Origin: an uncultured Candidatus Saccharibacteria bacterium
GTDB taxonomy: Bacteria; Patescibacteriota; Minisyncoccia; Phycocordibacterales; UBA9973
Direction of reading: 5' to 3'
Length of the DNA stretch: 64,000 bases
Assembly (NCBI GenBank): GCA_964496425.1
Contig: CAZBZO010000002.1
Span: 66,450-130,449, forward strand
Positions 8,897-18,430 of the stretch are shown one piece after another; the stretch's first letter is position 1, and each line of letters starts with the position of its first letter. A program made the position numbers and the translations under genes. The notes beneath the pieces are model-generated. The model was not told the origin of the DNA. It searched no databases and saw only the letters and a list, made by a program, of their open reading frames with translations.

Positions 8897-10822
8897 TCAA
8901 AAAAGATCTTCGGGGTTAATTTCAACGGCATAATTTTGCCCAGCAGTCTCGATCGCCGAAAGAAGTTTTGGGTCACGTTCTCCTTTGTGGCGAAGCCCGG
9001 GTGTCGACCAACGGCTTCCATGCACTCGTACAAGCGCATGGAAGCCAACGGCGCGTCCCTTCCGCGCACGTCCTTCAATGATACTTATTTTTTCGCCTTC
9101 AAAAATTTGCATAAGGCGATTTTTTTCTAGATTTTGCGCTGAGGGTTTTCCGCGGAAAGAGAGCTTAATAAGAACGACAAATGGGGGATAGCGTAACCGT
9201 TCTCGAAGCGTTAGTTCTTCTTGATACCATTGCCGTAGATTGCCACTGTTTTTTACGTATAAAATAGGATCATTCGGATTGCGTGTTTGAATAAAAATTC
9301 TCCGTTCTGTGATCGATCGGAGCATGACGAGGAGCTCTAAAATTCGCTCATTGATCCGGTAGCTTGCGATATTAAAAAGGGAATCAAATGATATTACTGC
9401 AGTTGTATCAACACTTTGATTAAGGTAAAAAAGGGCCATTTCAGTGCCAAGGAGTATGCCTCCTTCTGCGCGCTCAAATTGTTTCATAACCTTTTGCGCG
9501 GCGCTTGCGGTACGTACCACTTCGCGATCAATGCGAAAAATTGGGATATGCGGGAAATCTTTTTTTAGTTCATTAAAAACATATTCAATACCTATGCCAA
9601 GCGGTACAAGATTCCAGCTCTGGCACACGGTACATGTACGCGTCGCGTCGAAGTCATGTTGGCAACGGTTACAGGTGTAGATACGTACTCCACTTCGCTC
9701 GTAAAGCACCAGAGGAGTTTGGCACGTTGGGCATGTCACAAGCGTACCGCAGTCGCGGCAGATGGTGGACGTGGCCAATCCCGTACGGAGTGTGAAAAGA
9801 AATATCTTCTTTTTCGACTCATGAGCTTCTTCGATCGCTTCTCGTACTTGGGGTGTAATACTGGAAAACTTTTTTTTAGCAACTGGTGCATTTTGGCTTG
9901 GGTCGATAATAATTTCTTCGGTTGTATGGGACATCCGAAAGACAGGCGCACTTACTTCGCCGATTTCCCTTGAATCAAACTTATACATTGTTTCAGCTCG
10001 TAATAATGTGTCAGCAATAATAAATCTCAGTTTCTGCTCGTGGGCAAAAATTTCAGCAAATATTCGGAAGTCGATAGTGCTTCCGTGCATACTTCTATAT
10101 GCACCCGAACTTTCATGTTCTACGACAATGGTACCGAGATCGAAGCGGGGTATGGAAAGATAGGGTACCGTAGCGATAATAAGGACTGGATGTGTTTCAG
10201 CTGTCGTGCGATTGTATGCTTCGAGTAACTCTTTTTTTGTCCGTTCGCTATGAAAAACGAAAGTATATTGTTCAATGCCGCGACCGAGACTCTCGCTAAA
10301 TGTTTTAATATCAGCGACGGTCGGCAAACAAATAAATACTGATTGTTTGCGTGCAAAGGCTTCTCGTATAAACGTCCGGTAATAAGACAAACGATCATCA
10401 AGCGGTGCCTGAAATATAAGTTTCTCTTGTACCGTGTCTCGAGTTTCTAAAGGTTTCTCAATTTGAGTTGCGACAATCAGCTTTTCATACTGTTCCAAGA
10501 AAAGTGTTGGAATGAGTTCACCAAAGACGGCGCTCGGTGCTCCTAAAAAATAGGAGCACGTTTCTTCGCAGGCTTTAAAAAAACTTTCAGGGAAGTGCGC
10601 CATTCCTTTCACTGAAGTAATTTTTCGAAGATTGAACGCCGAATTTTTAATCGTCGCTTTGGCCGCGCGTACTTCGTGGGTGCCAATAACGAGTGCGTGA
10701 TGAATTTTTTTCCGCACAGGTACGGTTACAATCATACCGGGCACTATGTCCTTTGCCGAAAAATATGAAAGTTCCTCAGTTCGGATTTTAGTGGAAAGTG
10801 GCAAAACGGTGACTTCCTTCAT
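8897..10822 (-). CDS. priA: primosomal protein N' (PriA)-like, Walker A absent and DExH box degenerate
   Basis: Classic PriA Cys4-Cys4 zinc-binding region CRDCGT..CPTCQ..CNRCQ..CTVCQ. No GxGKT found. VVEHESS replaces DEEH. Confidence 0.75.
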   Translation of the reverse strand: MKEVTVLPLSTKIRTEELSYFSAKDIVPGMIVTVPVRKKIHHALVIGTHEVRAAKATIKNSAFNLRKITSVKGMAHFPESFFKACEETCSYFLGAPSAVFGELIPTLFLEQYEKLIVATQIEKPLETRDTVQEKLIFQAPLDDRLSYYRTFIREAFARKQSVFICLPTVADIKTFSESLGRGIEQYTFVFHSERTKKELLEAYNRTTAETHPVLIIATVPYLSIPRFDLGTIVVEHESSGAYRSMHGSTIDFRIFAEIFAHEQKLRFIIADTLLRAETMYKFDSREIGEVSAPVFRMSHTTEEIIIDPSQNAPVAKKKFSSITPQVREAIEEAHESKKKIFLFTLRTGLATSTICRDCGTLVTCPTCQTPLVLYERSGVRIYTCNRCQHDFDATRTCTVCQSWNLVPLGIGIEYVFNELKKDFPHIPIFRIDREVVRTASAAQKVMKQFERAEGGILLGTEMALFYLNQSVDTTAVISFDSLFNIASYRINERILELLVMLRSITERRIFIQTRNPNDPILYVKNSGNLRQWYQEELTLRERLRYPPFVVLIKLSFRGKPSAQNLEKNRLMQIFEGEKISIIEGRARKGRAVGFHALVRVHGSRWSTPGLRHKGERDPKLLSAIETAGQNYAVEINPEDLF

Positions 10823-10888
10823 ATTTACAGCCTAGCATATATTTCCGTTCTTATCGGCAAGAAATGAATATGGTATACTCCGCTGGCA

Positions 10889-11902
10889 ATGGCACTTTTT
10901 ATGAAAAAATTGGGGATCGATCTGGGCACCGCTAACACCTTGGTTTTTTTGCCAGGCAAAGGCATTGTTTTAAACGAACCATCTGTAGTAGCAGTTTCGG
11001 AACAAGACAATCGGATTTTGGCGATTGGGAATGATGCGAAAGACATGATCGGAAAAACACCTGATAGTATTATTGCTTACCGACCAATGAAAGATGGTGT
11101 GATTGCTGACTATCGTGTGACTGAAGCGATGCTCCGCTATTTTATCGGTAAAGCTCTTGGAAAATGGAATCTATTTAAGCCGGATGTGATGATTTCTGTT
11201 CCTGCTGGGGTGACTTCAACGGAGCGCCGTGCAGTAGTAGAAGCAGCATTAAAAGCAGGTGCAAAAAATGCCTATGTCGTAAAAGAGCCGATTTTGGCTG
11301 CAATCGGCGCCGGTATTCCGATACATGAATCATGTGGACATATGATTGTTGATATTGGTGGTGGAACTACAGACGTGGCAGTTATTTCTCTTGGTGGAAT
11401 CGTAGCTTCAACTTCGGTGAAATGCGCTGGGAATAAAATCGATTCAGCTATTGCTGATTATATAAAAAAAACATTCAACCTTGCGATCGGAGATAAAACA
11501 GCAGAGGACGTAAAAATAAAAATCGGTGCCGCAATTCCGCTCGAGGAAGAGCTCACAATGACAATCAAGGGCCGTGATTTTATTCAAGGTTTGCCACGCT
11601 CTGCTCACGTGTCGACCAATGAAATTGTAAAATCAATCGATAAAGAACTCCGCCAGATGATCAAAGCTATCAAAGACGTGCTCCAGGAGACGCCGCCCGA
11701 GCTCGCGTCCGATATTATTGACCAGGGAATTATTATGACCGGCGGATCTTCCATGCTTCGCAATTTTCCTGACTTGGTCTATCGCAAAACAGGTGTTAAA
11801 GCCAAACTTGCCGATGATGCTCTCTATTGTGTGGCAAAAGGTACGGGTATTGCACTTGAACACCTTGATACCTACAAACGCACCATCATTAGCAAGCGAT
11901 AA
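10889..11902 (+). CDS. mreB: rod shape-determining protein MreB
   Basis: LGIDLGTANTLVF actin-like N-terminus, 337 aa. An alternative ATG lies at 10901. Confidence 0.9.
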   Translation: MALFMKKLGIDLGTANTLVFLPGKGIVLNEPSVVAVSEQDNRILAIGNDAKDMIGKTPDSIIAYRPMKDGVIADYRVTEAMLRYFIGKALGKWNLFKPDVMISVPAGVTSTERRAVVEAALKAGAKNAYVVKEPILAAIGAGIPIHESCGHMIVDIGGGTTDVAVISLGGIVASTSVKCAGNKIDSAIADYIKKTFNLAIGDKTAEDVKIKIGAAIPLEEELTMTIKGRDFIQGLPRSAHVSTNEIVKSIDKELRQMIKAIKDVLQETPPELASDIIDQGIIMTGGSSMLRNFPDLVYRKTGVKAKLADDALYCVAKGTGIALEHLDTYKRTIISKR

Positions 11903-11929
11903 AGCTGCCTCGCTGCTCTTAAATTTATT

Positions 11930-12616
11930 ATGGAATTTTGGGACCAGGAAAATATCGCGAAGACACTACACCATGCCTATATTATAGAAGGCGCATACGA
12001 TAGTGCACTTCCAAAGCTTCATGGACTTTTTGATCGTTTGCAATTTCCAATACAAAACAATCCTGATTTTTACCCTTTGACGTACAAAACATTTAGCATT
12101 AATGATGCTCGGGATTTGAAAAAAAGTGATGCGGAAAAAAGTTCGGGAGCCAACAGAAAAATTTTTGTTATATCATTTTTGTCTATAACAAACGAAGCCC
12201 AGCACGCTTTACTTAAAACACTTGAGGAGCCGCAAGTAAATACACATTTTTTTATTATTACTCCACGGATCGATATTTTTCTGCCCACGGTTCTTTCTCG
12301 GGTTCAAATTGTGCATACGGATCCACTCTACGAAGCTTCTAAGGCTGCACAGGATTTTCTGCGGAGTACGCCGCCTCTGCGCATAGCTCAGGTCACGAAG
12401 CTTATTGCTAAATACAAAAATGCGGAAGACGGAGAGGAGTTGAAAGCCGCTGTCCGAGCCCTCTTGTCTGAAGTGGAAGCTATTGTAGCGAAAGATTTTA
12501 ACGCTTCAAGGGAGGCAGCCAATAAATTGAAGCTTATTGACCAAGCACGATCCTATGTTGGGGATAGGGGAGCTTCAGTGAAGATAATTTTGGAGCATCT
12601 TGCCCTCACTTTGTAA
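11930..12616 (+). CDS. DNA polymerase III delta-prime (clamp loader) subunit-like
   Basis: NALLKTLEEP and SR(V/C)Q motifs of clamp-loader AAA+ lid region. No Walker A. Short (228 aa). Confidence 0.55.
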   Translation: MEFWDQENIAKTLHHAYIIEGAYDSALPKLHGLFDRLQFPIQNNPDFYPLTYKTFSINDARDLKKSDAEKSSGANRKIFVISFLSITNEAQHALLKTLEEPQVNTHFFIITPRIDIFLPTVLSRVQIVHTDPLYEASKAAQDFLRSTPPLRIAQVTKLIAKYKNAEDGEELKAAVRALLSEVEAIVAKDFNASREAANKLKLIDQARSYVGDRGASVKIILEHLALTL

Positions 12617-12670
12617 ATTTGACAAATAAGCCAATAGAGACGAGAATGGGCTCAAACAAAAAAATAGATT

Positions 12671-13018
12671 ATGGAATCGAAAACCTACCAGCTTAAGGTT
12701 TTCGAACCAAGTTTTGAAAACCAAAAAAAGAAAATAATAAAAACTTTTTGTTTCTCATTTGAAGATCAAAAGAATGGGAGCAAGCTTTTGGATATTGAAT
12801 ATTTCCAAGACCTGATAGGAAAATTCGATAAGCCCGTCAATAAACACTTAGATAAAGGCTATACTTTAATCCTAGCTTGTAAAAATTTCTCTGAAGATCA
12901 ATTGGCAACTTATTTTAAGGTTCCAAACGTGAAGAAATATCATCATAAATATGTTAGCGTAGAAGAACTGAAAAATATTCATCAAAAAAAATTTATTGTT
13001 ATTCAATCCATATCTTAA
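12671..13018 (+). CDS. hypothetical protein (AT-rich orphan)
   Basis: ATG ORF of 115 aa, lysine-rich. About 30% GC versus about 48% in flanking genes. Confidence 0.4.
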   Translation: MESKTYQLKVFEPSFENQKKKIIKTFCFSFEDQKNGSKLLDIEYFQDLIGKFDKPVNKHLDKGYTLILACKNFSEDQLATYFKVPNVKKYHHKYVSVEELKNIHQKKFIVIQSIS

Positions 13019-13057
13019 GAGCCAAAATGTATAATTGCAATTGGCTCTTTCTTTTTG
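13018..13057 (+). terminator. intrinsic terminator hairpin overlapping frr promoter
   Basis: aagagccaa...ttggctctt stem followed by tcttttt. -35 TTGCAA and -10 TATACT lie inside and after it. Confidence 0.5.
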
Positions 13058-13070
13058 CTATACTCAGCAT

Positions 13071-13622
13071 ATGGCATACAATTTTTCATCTCTTAAAGCT
13101 GATCTTGTGAAAGTAAGCGAACGTCTTGCTAAAGAATATTCTCAAATCCACACCGGACGAGCGAGCCCAACTCTCTTAGATGGTGTCACGATAGATTCGT
13201 ATGGCGCACAAACTCCGATTAAGAACGTCGCTTCGGTCAACATTGAAGACCCAAAAACGCTTCGAGTCGTACCGTGGGACAAAATGCACAATAAAGAAAT
13301 AGAGAAGGCAATCATTGCTGCAAATCTTGGATTATCAGTCGCGCCTGACGATCAAGGTTTGCGGGTGATCTTCCCGCAGCTCACAACTGAGACGCGGCTA
13401 AAACTCGTGAAGATACTCAAAGAAAAACTTGAAGAAGCCCGAATCGCACTTCGTAAAGAACGCGACGGTGTTTGGAATGATATCCAAGATATGGAGCGCG
13501 ATGGTGCTATGTCGGAAGATGATAAATTCCGCGGCAAAGATGAGCTTCAAAAATATATTGATGAAGCCAATGTCGGTCTCGAAGCGCAATTTTCTAAAAA
13601 AGAAACTGAGGTCATGAATTAA
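13071..13622 (+). CDS. frr: ribosome recycling factor
   Basis: HTGRASPTLLDGVTIDSYGAQTPIKNVASV matches Frr. Start re-set to ATG (MAYNF) downstream of the terminator hairpin. Confidence 0.9.
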   Translation: MAYNFSSLKADLVKVSERLAKEYSQIHTGRASPTLLDGVTIDSYGAQTPIKNVASVNIEDPKTLRVVPWDKMHNKEIEKAIIAANLGLSVAPDDQGLRVIFPQLTTETRLKLVKILKEKLEEARIALRKERDGVWNDIQDMERDGAMSEDDKFRGKDELQKYIDEANVGLEAQFSKKETEVMN

Positions 13623-13623
13623 T

Positions 13624-14742
13624 ATGTCCGTTATTATCTTTATTTTTATTCTTCTTATTCTCGTCCTGGTGCATGAGCTCGGGCATTTTATTTTTGCCAA
13701 GCGAGCTGGTGTGCGCGTAGATGAATTTGGTTTTGGCTATCCGCCACGCGCGGTCAAACTTTTTACCTGGAAGGGGACTCTCTTTACGCTCAACTGGCTG
13801 CCGTTTGGTGGCTTTGTTAAAATCTTCGGAGAAAATCCCGATCCTCTAAGCATGTCTGGACCAGACAAGGAAAGCGCCCTTATTCACAAGCCACGCTATG
13901 TGCAAGCGCTTGTTTTGTTTGCCGGCATACTGTTCAATATTATTCTGGCCTGGATATTATTTTCTGTTGGTTTTATGAGTGGTATGCCAACCTCCGCTGG
14001 TGCAGCACCTGCTGGAGTTGATATTCGTGATCCGAAACTTCTTGTCGTCGATGTCGTAGCTGGTTCGCCAGCAGCAGAGGCTGGACTTCAAACAAAAGAC
14101 CAAATCATTTCACTTGCGACAGAAACTGAAACAGTGGGGGATATAACAGTCCCCGCAGTTCAGAGTTTTATTTCTTCCCACGGAGATACACCGATTACGG
14201 TAACATATGTTCGCGACAACGATGTGCAGACGGTAAGTATTACGCCGAAGACGGGGATTTCTTCAGAGCCTGACACAGCGGTCATCGGAATCAATATGGA
14301 TTTTGTTGGTACGGTCAAGCTCAGTGTGCCTCGGGCTCTGTGGGAAGGGGCCAAACTGACCGTGCATGTATTGGTTGCGACCGTGGTTCAATTTTATACA
14401 CTGATCCATGATGCAATTTCTGGAAAAGGAAGTTTGGATGGGATTGCAGGCCCGGTCGGCATTGTCGGTATTGTTGGCACAGCGTACGAGTTTGGAATTA
14501 TTTATCTACTTTCATTTACTGCGCTCATTTCCATCAACCTTGCAATCATCAACCTCATACCATTTCCTGCGCTCGACGGTGGACGACTCTTCTTCCTTCT
14601 CATAGAAGCTATCAAAGGCTCACGCATCAATCCTAAAATCGGAAATATCGTAAACCTGATCGGTTTCGGGCTCCTTATTCTTCTTATGCTTTTTGTGACC
14701 TACCACGATATTGTGAATTTGATCAAAAATCATGCCGGTTGA
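13624..14742 (+). CDS. rseP: RIP site-2 zinc metalloprotease (RseP family)
   Basis: HELGHF zinc motif in the first TM, a PDZ segment, and LDGG motif in the C-terminal TM region. Confidence 0.85.
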   Translation: MSVIIFIFILLILVLVHELGHFIFAKRAGVRVDEFGFGYPPRAVKLFTWKGTLFTLNWLPFGGFVKIFGENPDPLSMSGPDKESALIHKPRYVQALVLFAGILFNIILAWILFSVGFMSGMPTSAGAAPAGVDIRDPKLLVVDVVAGSPAAEAGLQTKDQIISLATETETVGDITVPAVQSFISSHGDTPITVTYVRDNDVQTVSITPKTGISSEPDTAVIGINMDFVGTVKLSVPRALWEGAKLTVHVLVATVVQFYTLIHDAISGKGSLDGIAGPVGIVGIVGTAYEFGIIYLLSFTALISINLAIINLIPFPALDGGRLFFLLIEAIKGSRINPKIGNIVNLIGFGLLILLMLFVTYHDIVNLIKNHAG

Positions 14743-14778
14743 TACAATTGCTATCATGTGGTATTCTTATGTCACTTC

Positions 14779-14802
14779 GACCGCCGTGCGGTCTTTTTTA
14801 TA
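14779..14802 (+). terminator. intrinsic terminator
   Basis: gaccgc-cgt-gcggtc hairpin followed by a T run after rseP. Confidence 0.5.
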
Positions 14803-14826
14803 GAATAATCAAAATACAAAAAAAGA

Positions 14827-16578
14827 ATGGAAATTCGAAACATCGCAATTATCGCCCACGTTGACCACGGCAAAACAACCCTCACTGACATGCTCATGAA
14901 GCAATGTAACATGGTAGAAGAGGGCGTCACCATGGATTCAAACACGCTCGAGCAGGAGCGCGGCATTACCATATACGCCAAAAATACTTCGGTCATGTAT
15001 AAGGGCACAAAAATTAACATTGTTGATACGCCTGGACACGCTGACTTCGGATCTGAAGTGGAGCGCGTGCTCCGTGCTATCGACTCCGTACTCCTTTTGG
15101 TGGACGCGCAAGAAGGACCGATGCCGCAAACTCGTTTCGTACTTAAAAAATCTCTCGAGCTTGGCCTCCAGCCTATTTTGGTCATCAATAAAATTGACAA
15201 GCCAGCTGCCAATCCTGATCGCACACACGAAGAAGTGCTTGAGCTTTTCCTTGAGCTTGGTGCAACCGATAAGCAAATTGATTTCACGACCGTGTACGCG
15301 ATTGGGCGCGCGGGTATTGCGAAACGAAAACTTACAGATGAATCTACTGATCTCATGCCGCTTCTCGACGTCGTGCTCGAAGAAGTGCCAGCTGCATCCG
15401 GAAAAGAAGCGGAACCATTTCAAGCCCAAGTTTTCAATCTTGCGTATGACAACTTTCTTGGCCGCTTAGCGATTGTTCGGATCTATCAAGGCACGGTTAC
15501 TGATGGTAGTACTATTATCGTGAAAAAAGCCGACGGAGAAAGTCGTACAGCTCGCATTACTAAGATATATACTTTTTTGGGATTAACACGTAAGGAAGTC
15601 AAAGAAGCAACTGCTGGAGATATTGTTATTATTGCAGGTATTCCTGATGTGTATATCGGTGAGACTCTCTGTATGGATTCATCAGTTCTGCCCCTTTCTG
15701 CCATCGGTATTGATGAACCGACAATCTCCCTTAACTTCATGGTAAACGACTCACCGTTTGCCGGCCGCGAAGGAAAGTTTGTCACTTCACGCCAGATCCG
15801 GGATCGCTTGGTGCGAGAGCTTGAAGTGAATGTGGGGCTTAAGGTTGATTTCAATAACAACGACTATTTTACTGTGTATGGTCGCGGCGAACTCCATATT
15901 GCTGTGCTTTTGGAAAATATGCGCCGTGAAGGATATGAAGTACAAGTGTCTCAACCACAAGTAATCGTTAAAGAAGAAAATGGCGAGAAAGTTGAGCCGT
16001 ACGAAGAAGTAATTGTCGATGTGCCAACTGCCGCGAGCGGAACTGTGATTGAAAAACTCACGAAGCGCCGAGGATTACTCCAACATATGCAGGAGAAAGA
16101 GGGAATTACTCGCGTAATATTTGAAATGCCGACACGCGGGCTTTTGGGATATCGCGGACAATTTATCATCGACACGAAAGGCGAAGGTATTTTATCGTCT
16201 CGCTTTATTGGATTTAAGTCATATGTGGGAGAAATTAAAAAGCGAGAAGTTGGATCTATGACTTCCATGATGGCCGGCAAAGCAGTAGCATTTGCGCTTT
16301 GGAATCTTCAAGAGCGCGGACTTTTGTATGTTGAGCCAGGCAATGAAGTCTATGAAGGCATGGTTATCGGCAATGTCACGAAGGGCGATGATCTTGCGGT
16401 CAATCCGATCAAAGGAAAACAGCTTACCAACATGCGCGCTTCAGGATCAGATGAATCTATTTATCTCAAACCGGCCTACGTCTTATCGATTGAGCGGGGA
16501 CTTGAAGTTATGTCCGGGGATGAATTTTTGGAGATAACTCCTGCGTCTGTCCGGCTACGTAAAAACCTCAAAAAATAG
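14827..16578 (+). CDS. typA: translational GTPase TypA/BipA
   Basis: AIIAHVDHGKTTL G1 motif, DTPGHADF G3 motif, 583 aa with BipA-type C-terminal domain. Confidence 0.95.
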   Translation: MEIRNIAIIAHVDHGKTTLTDMLMKQCNMVEEGVTMDSNTLEQERGITIYAKNTSVMYKGTKINIVDTPGHADFGSEVERVLRAIDSVLLLVDAQEGPMPQTRFVLKKSLELGLQPILVINKIDKPAANPDRTHEEVLELFLELGATDKQIDFTTVYAIGRAGIAKRKLTDESTDLMPLLDVVLEEVPAASGKEAEPFQAQVFNLAYDNFLGRLAIVRIYQGTVTDGSTIIVKKADGESRTARITKIYTFLGLTRKEVKEATAGDIVIIAGIPDVYIGETLCMDSSVLPLSAIGIDEPTISLNFMVNDSPFAGREGKFVTSRQIRDRLVRELEVNVGLKVDFNNNDYFTVYGRGELHIAVLLENMRREGYEVQVSQPQVIVKEENGEKVEPYEEVIVDVPTAASGTVIEKLTKRRGLLQHMQEKEGITRVIFEMPTRGLLGYRGQFIIDTKGEGILSSRFIGFKSYVGEIKKREVGSMTSMMAGKAVAFALWNLQERGLLYVEPGNEVYEGMVIGNVTKGDDLAVNPIKGKQLTNMRASGSDESIYLKPAYVLSIERGLEVMSGDEFLEITPASVRLRKNLKK

Positions 16579-16594
16579 GATTTGTTCAGTTTTG

Positions 16595-16623
16595 TTGACT
16601 ATATTTTTATATTGTGTTATGAT
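16595..16623 (+). promoter_or_regulatory. sigma70-like promoter TTGACT-17-TATGAT
   Basis: Consensus-like hexamers with 17-nt spacer in an AT-rich intergenic region. Confidence 0.45.
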
Positions 16624-16697
16624 GCATCTGCAATAGAAAGCAAAAAATACTTGATTTTTAAGGCTTAAAACCATTTAAAAAATTCAAACGTTATTTA

Positions 16698-16726
16698 TTG
16701 ACTGTTGTAAACAATAATGATACTAT
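16698..16726 (+). promoter_or_regulatory. sigma70-like promoter TTGACT-17-TACTAT
   Basis: Second tandem promoter about 40 nt upstream of the 16766 start. Confidence 0.45.
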
Positions 16727-16765
16727 AGAAGTTCAGCTTTAAAAATCTAAAGAATTTTTTAAAAA

Positions 16766-17794
16766 ATGCCTACAATAAATTTTAAACCCAAACAAGTTAC
16801 CAAAAGAATCCTATCTCCACTCCAGGATCGAGCCTATGATGTCGTTGAAAACCGTTTTGGTTTGGCCAATGACGCGGAGCGTAAGACACTCGAAGCGATC
16901 GGAAAAAAATATGGAATTACTCGTGAACGCGTGCGACAGATTGAGCACGCAGCTCTTGCGCTTATTCGAAAATCAAATGAATACAAACAAGAAAATGAAG
17001 TATTCGGTGAAATAAAAAAACTCATTCACGAGCTTGGCGGCATTGTTCCAGAGGAAAATTTTCTTGCCTCACTTTCTAAAGATCCGATGGTACAAAATCA
17101 TGTGCATTTTTATTTGGTGCTCGGTGATGATTTCACAAAACATAAAGAGGATGACCATTTTGAATCTCGCTGGAGTGTGAATGATGAAATCGCGCAAGAT
17201 GTTCATGAATCCTTGCAGCGCTTGTATGCCAGTCTGTCTGATGACGAACTCATTTCAGAATCTGAAATCATCGGCCGTTTTCTTACGCACTTGAAGGATT
17301 CGTCTGATAAATATCGCGATGAAGAAATAGCCCGTCGCTGGCTCGGTCTTTCTAAAAAAATCGCCAAAAATCCACTCGGCGAATGGGGGAAAGCTGATTC
17401 TTCAAATGTCAAAACTCGCGGCGTTCGTGACTATGCGTTTCTCGTGATGCGAAAGCACGGTTCACCAATGCATTTCCATGAAGTAGCTAAAGCGATTTCT
17501 GATACATTTGGCAAAAAGACTCACGTTGCCACATGTCACAATGAGCTTATTAAGGATCCACGTTTTGTGCTCGTCGGCCGCGGTATGTATGCCTTGTCTG
17601 AATGGGGATACAAAACAGGTATTGTTCGGGACGTCATCAAAGAGATCCTTAAAAAGGAAGGTCCAATGCGAAAGGAGGACATCGTGGAGCGTGTCATGAA
17701 AGAGCGCTACCTCAAACGAAACACAATTTTGGTGAATCTTCAAAATCCAAAATATTTCAAAAAAACAAAAGACAAACTCTATACTGTTGCCTAA
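16766..17794 (+). CDS. DNA-binding protein with N-terminal sigma-70 region-4-like HTH and C-terminal HARE-HTH (RpoE-delta-like) winged helix
   Basis: LEAIGKKYGITRERVRQIEHAALALIRK matches the sigma70 r4.2 pattern. The C-terminal segment HFHEVAKAI...DPRFVLVGRGMYALSEWGY resembles the HARE-HTH of RNAP delta. Confidence 0.55.
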   Translation: MPTINFKPKQVTKRILSPLQDRAYDVVENRFGLANDAERKTLEAIGKKYGITRERVRQIEHAALALIRKSNEYKQENEVFGEIKKLIHELGGIVPEENFLASLSKDPMVQNHVHFYLVLGDDFTKHKEDDHFESRWSVNDEIAQDVHESLQRLYASLSDDELISESEIIGRFLTHLKDSSDKYRDEEIARRWLGLSKKIAKNPLGEWGKADSSNVKTRGVRDYAFLVMRKHGSPMHFHEVAKAISDTFGKKTHVATCHNELIKDPRFVLVGRGMYALSEWGYKTGIVRDVIKEILKKEGPMRKEDIVERVMKERYLKRNTILVNLQNPKYFKKTKDKLYTVA

Positions 17795-17800
17795 GAGCAG

Positions 17801-17836
17801 CCAAAACAAAAGCCCCGATCGGGGCTTTTGTTTTGG
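17801..17836 (+). terminator. intrinsic terminator
   Basis: caaaacaaaagccccgatcggggcttttgttttg perfect hairpin with T run. Confidence 0.6.
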
Positions 17837-17874
17837 CTATTAACGATTTTTCGAATTCACAGTATACTGAGACT

Positions 17875-18345
17875 ATGCGGACGTACAATAGAGGAATCAT
17901 TCTCACTTTGATACTCATTGTGATTGGGTTTGTTTTGGTGCTCACACTCATCGGGTTTTTTCGTACCGGCACGCTTGATAGCAAACTCAATTTCACCGTT
18001 AAATCGATCCTTAAGGAGCCCTGCGGTTTAAGTATCAAAACTCCGCATCTTCATGAAAGCGTAACATTTCCGCTTGAAATCACGGGTTATATAAATGGCT
18101 GTGGCTGGGAACCCCGGGACGACCGTGCCGGCACTGTAGTACTTTATTCTGATCACGGTATGCCACTCACGCCTCCAGTCACGCTTCTTATGCCGCCACA
18201 GGCAGAGCGTGAACCGTACTACTTTGAATCAATCATAAACATTGTGCCTCCGAGTGGTACAAAAGAGGGAATACTTATTTTTGAAAACAATCGCGGTAAC
18301 GGTCTTTCTCCTGAATTTGAGGAATATGAAATATCATTTAAATAA
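17875..18345 (+). CDS. hypothetical membrane-anchored protein with Ig-like (Gmad2-like) ectodomain
   Basis: N-terminal TM, then a beta-rich domain. Start set at the ATG (MRTYN), because the track start is non-ATG. Confidence 0.45.
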   Translation: MRTYNRGIILTLILIVIGFVLVLTLIGFFRTGTLDSKLNFTVKSILKEPCGLSIKTPHLHESVTFPLEITGYINGCGWEPRDDRAGTVVLYSDHGMPLTPPVTLLMPPQAEREPYYFESIINIVPPSGTKEGILIFENNRGNGLSPEFEEYEISFK

Positions 18346-18430
18346 GCCTTCTGTAATACGGGAAGCTATATTATACTTACAAATACATGACACACTGTCT
18401 GCAAGTTAATCATAAATTTTCTTTGTTTAT

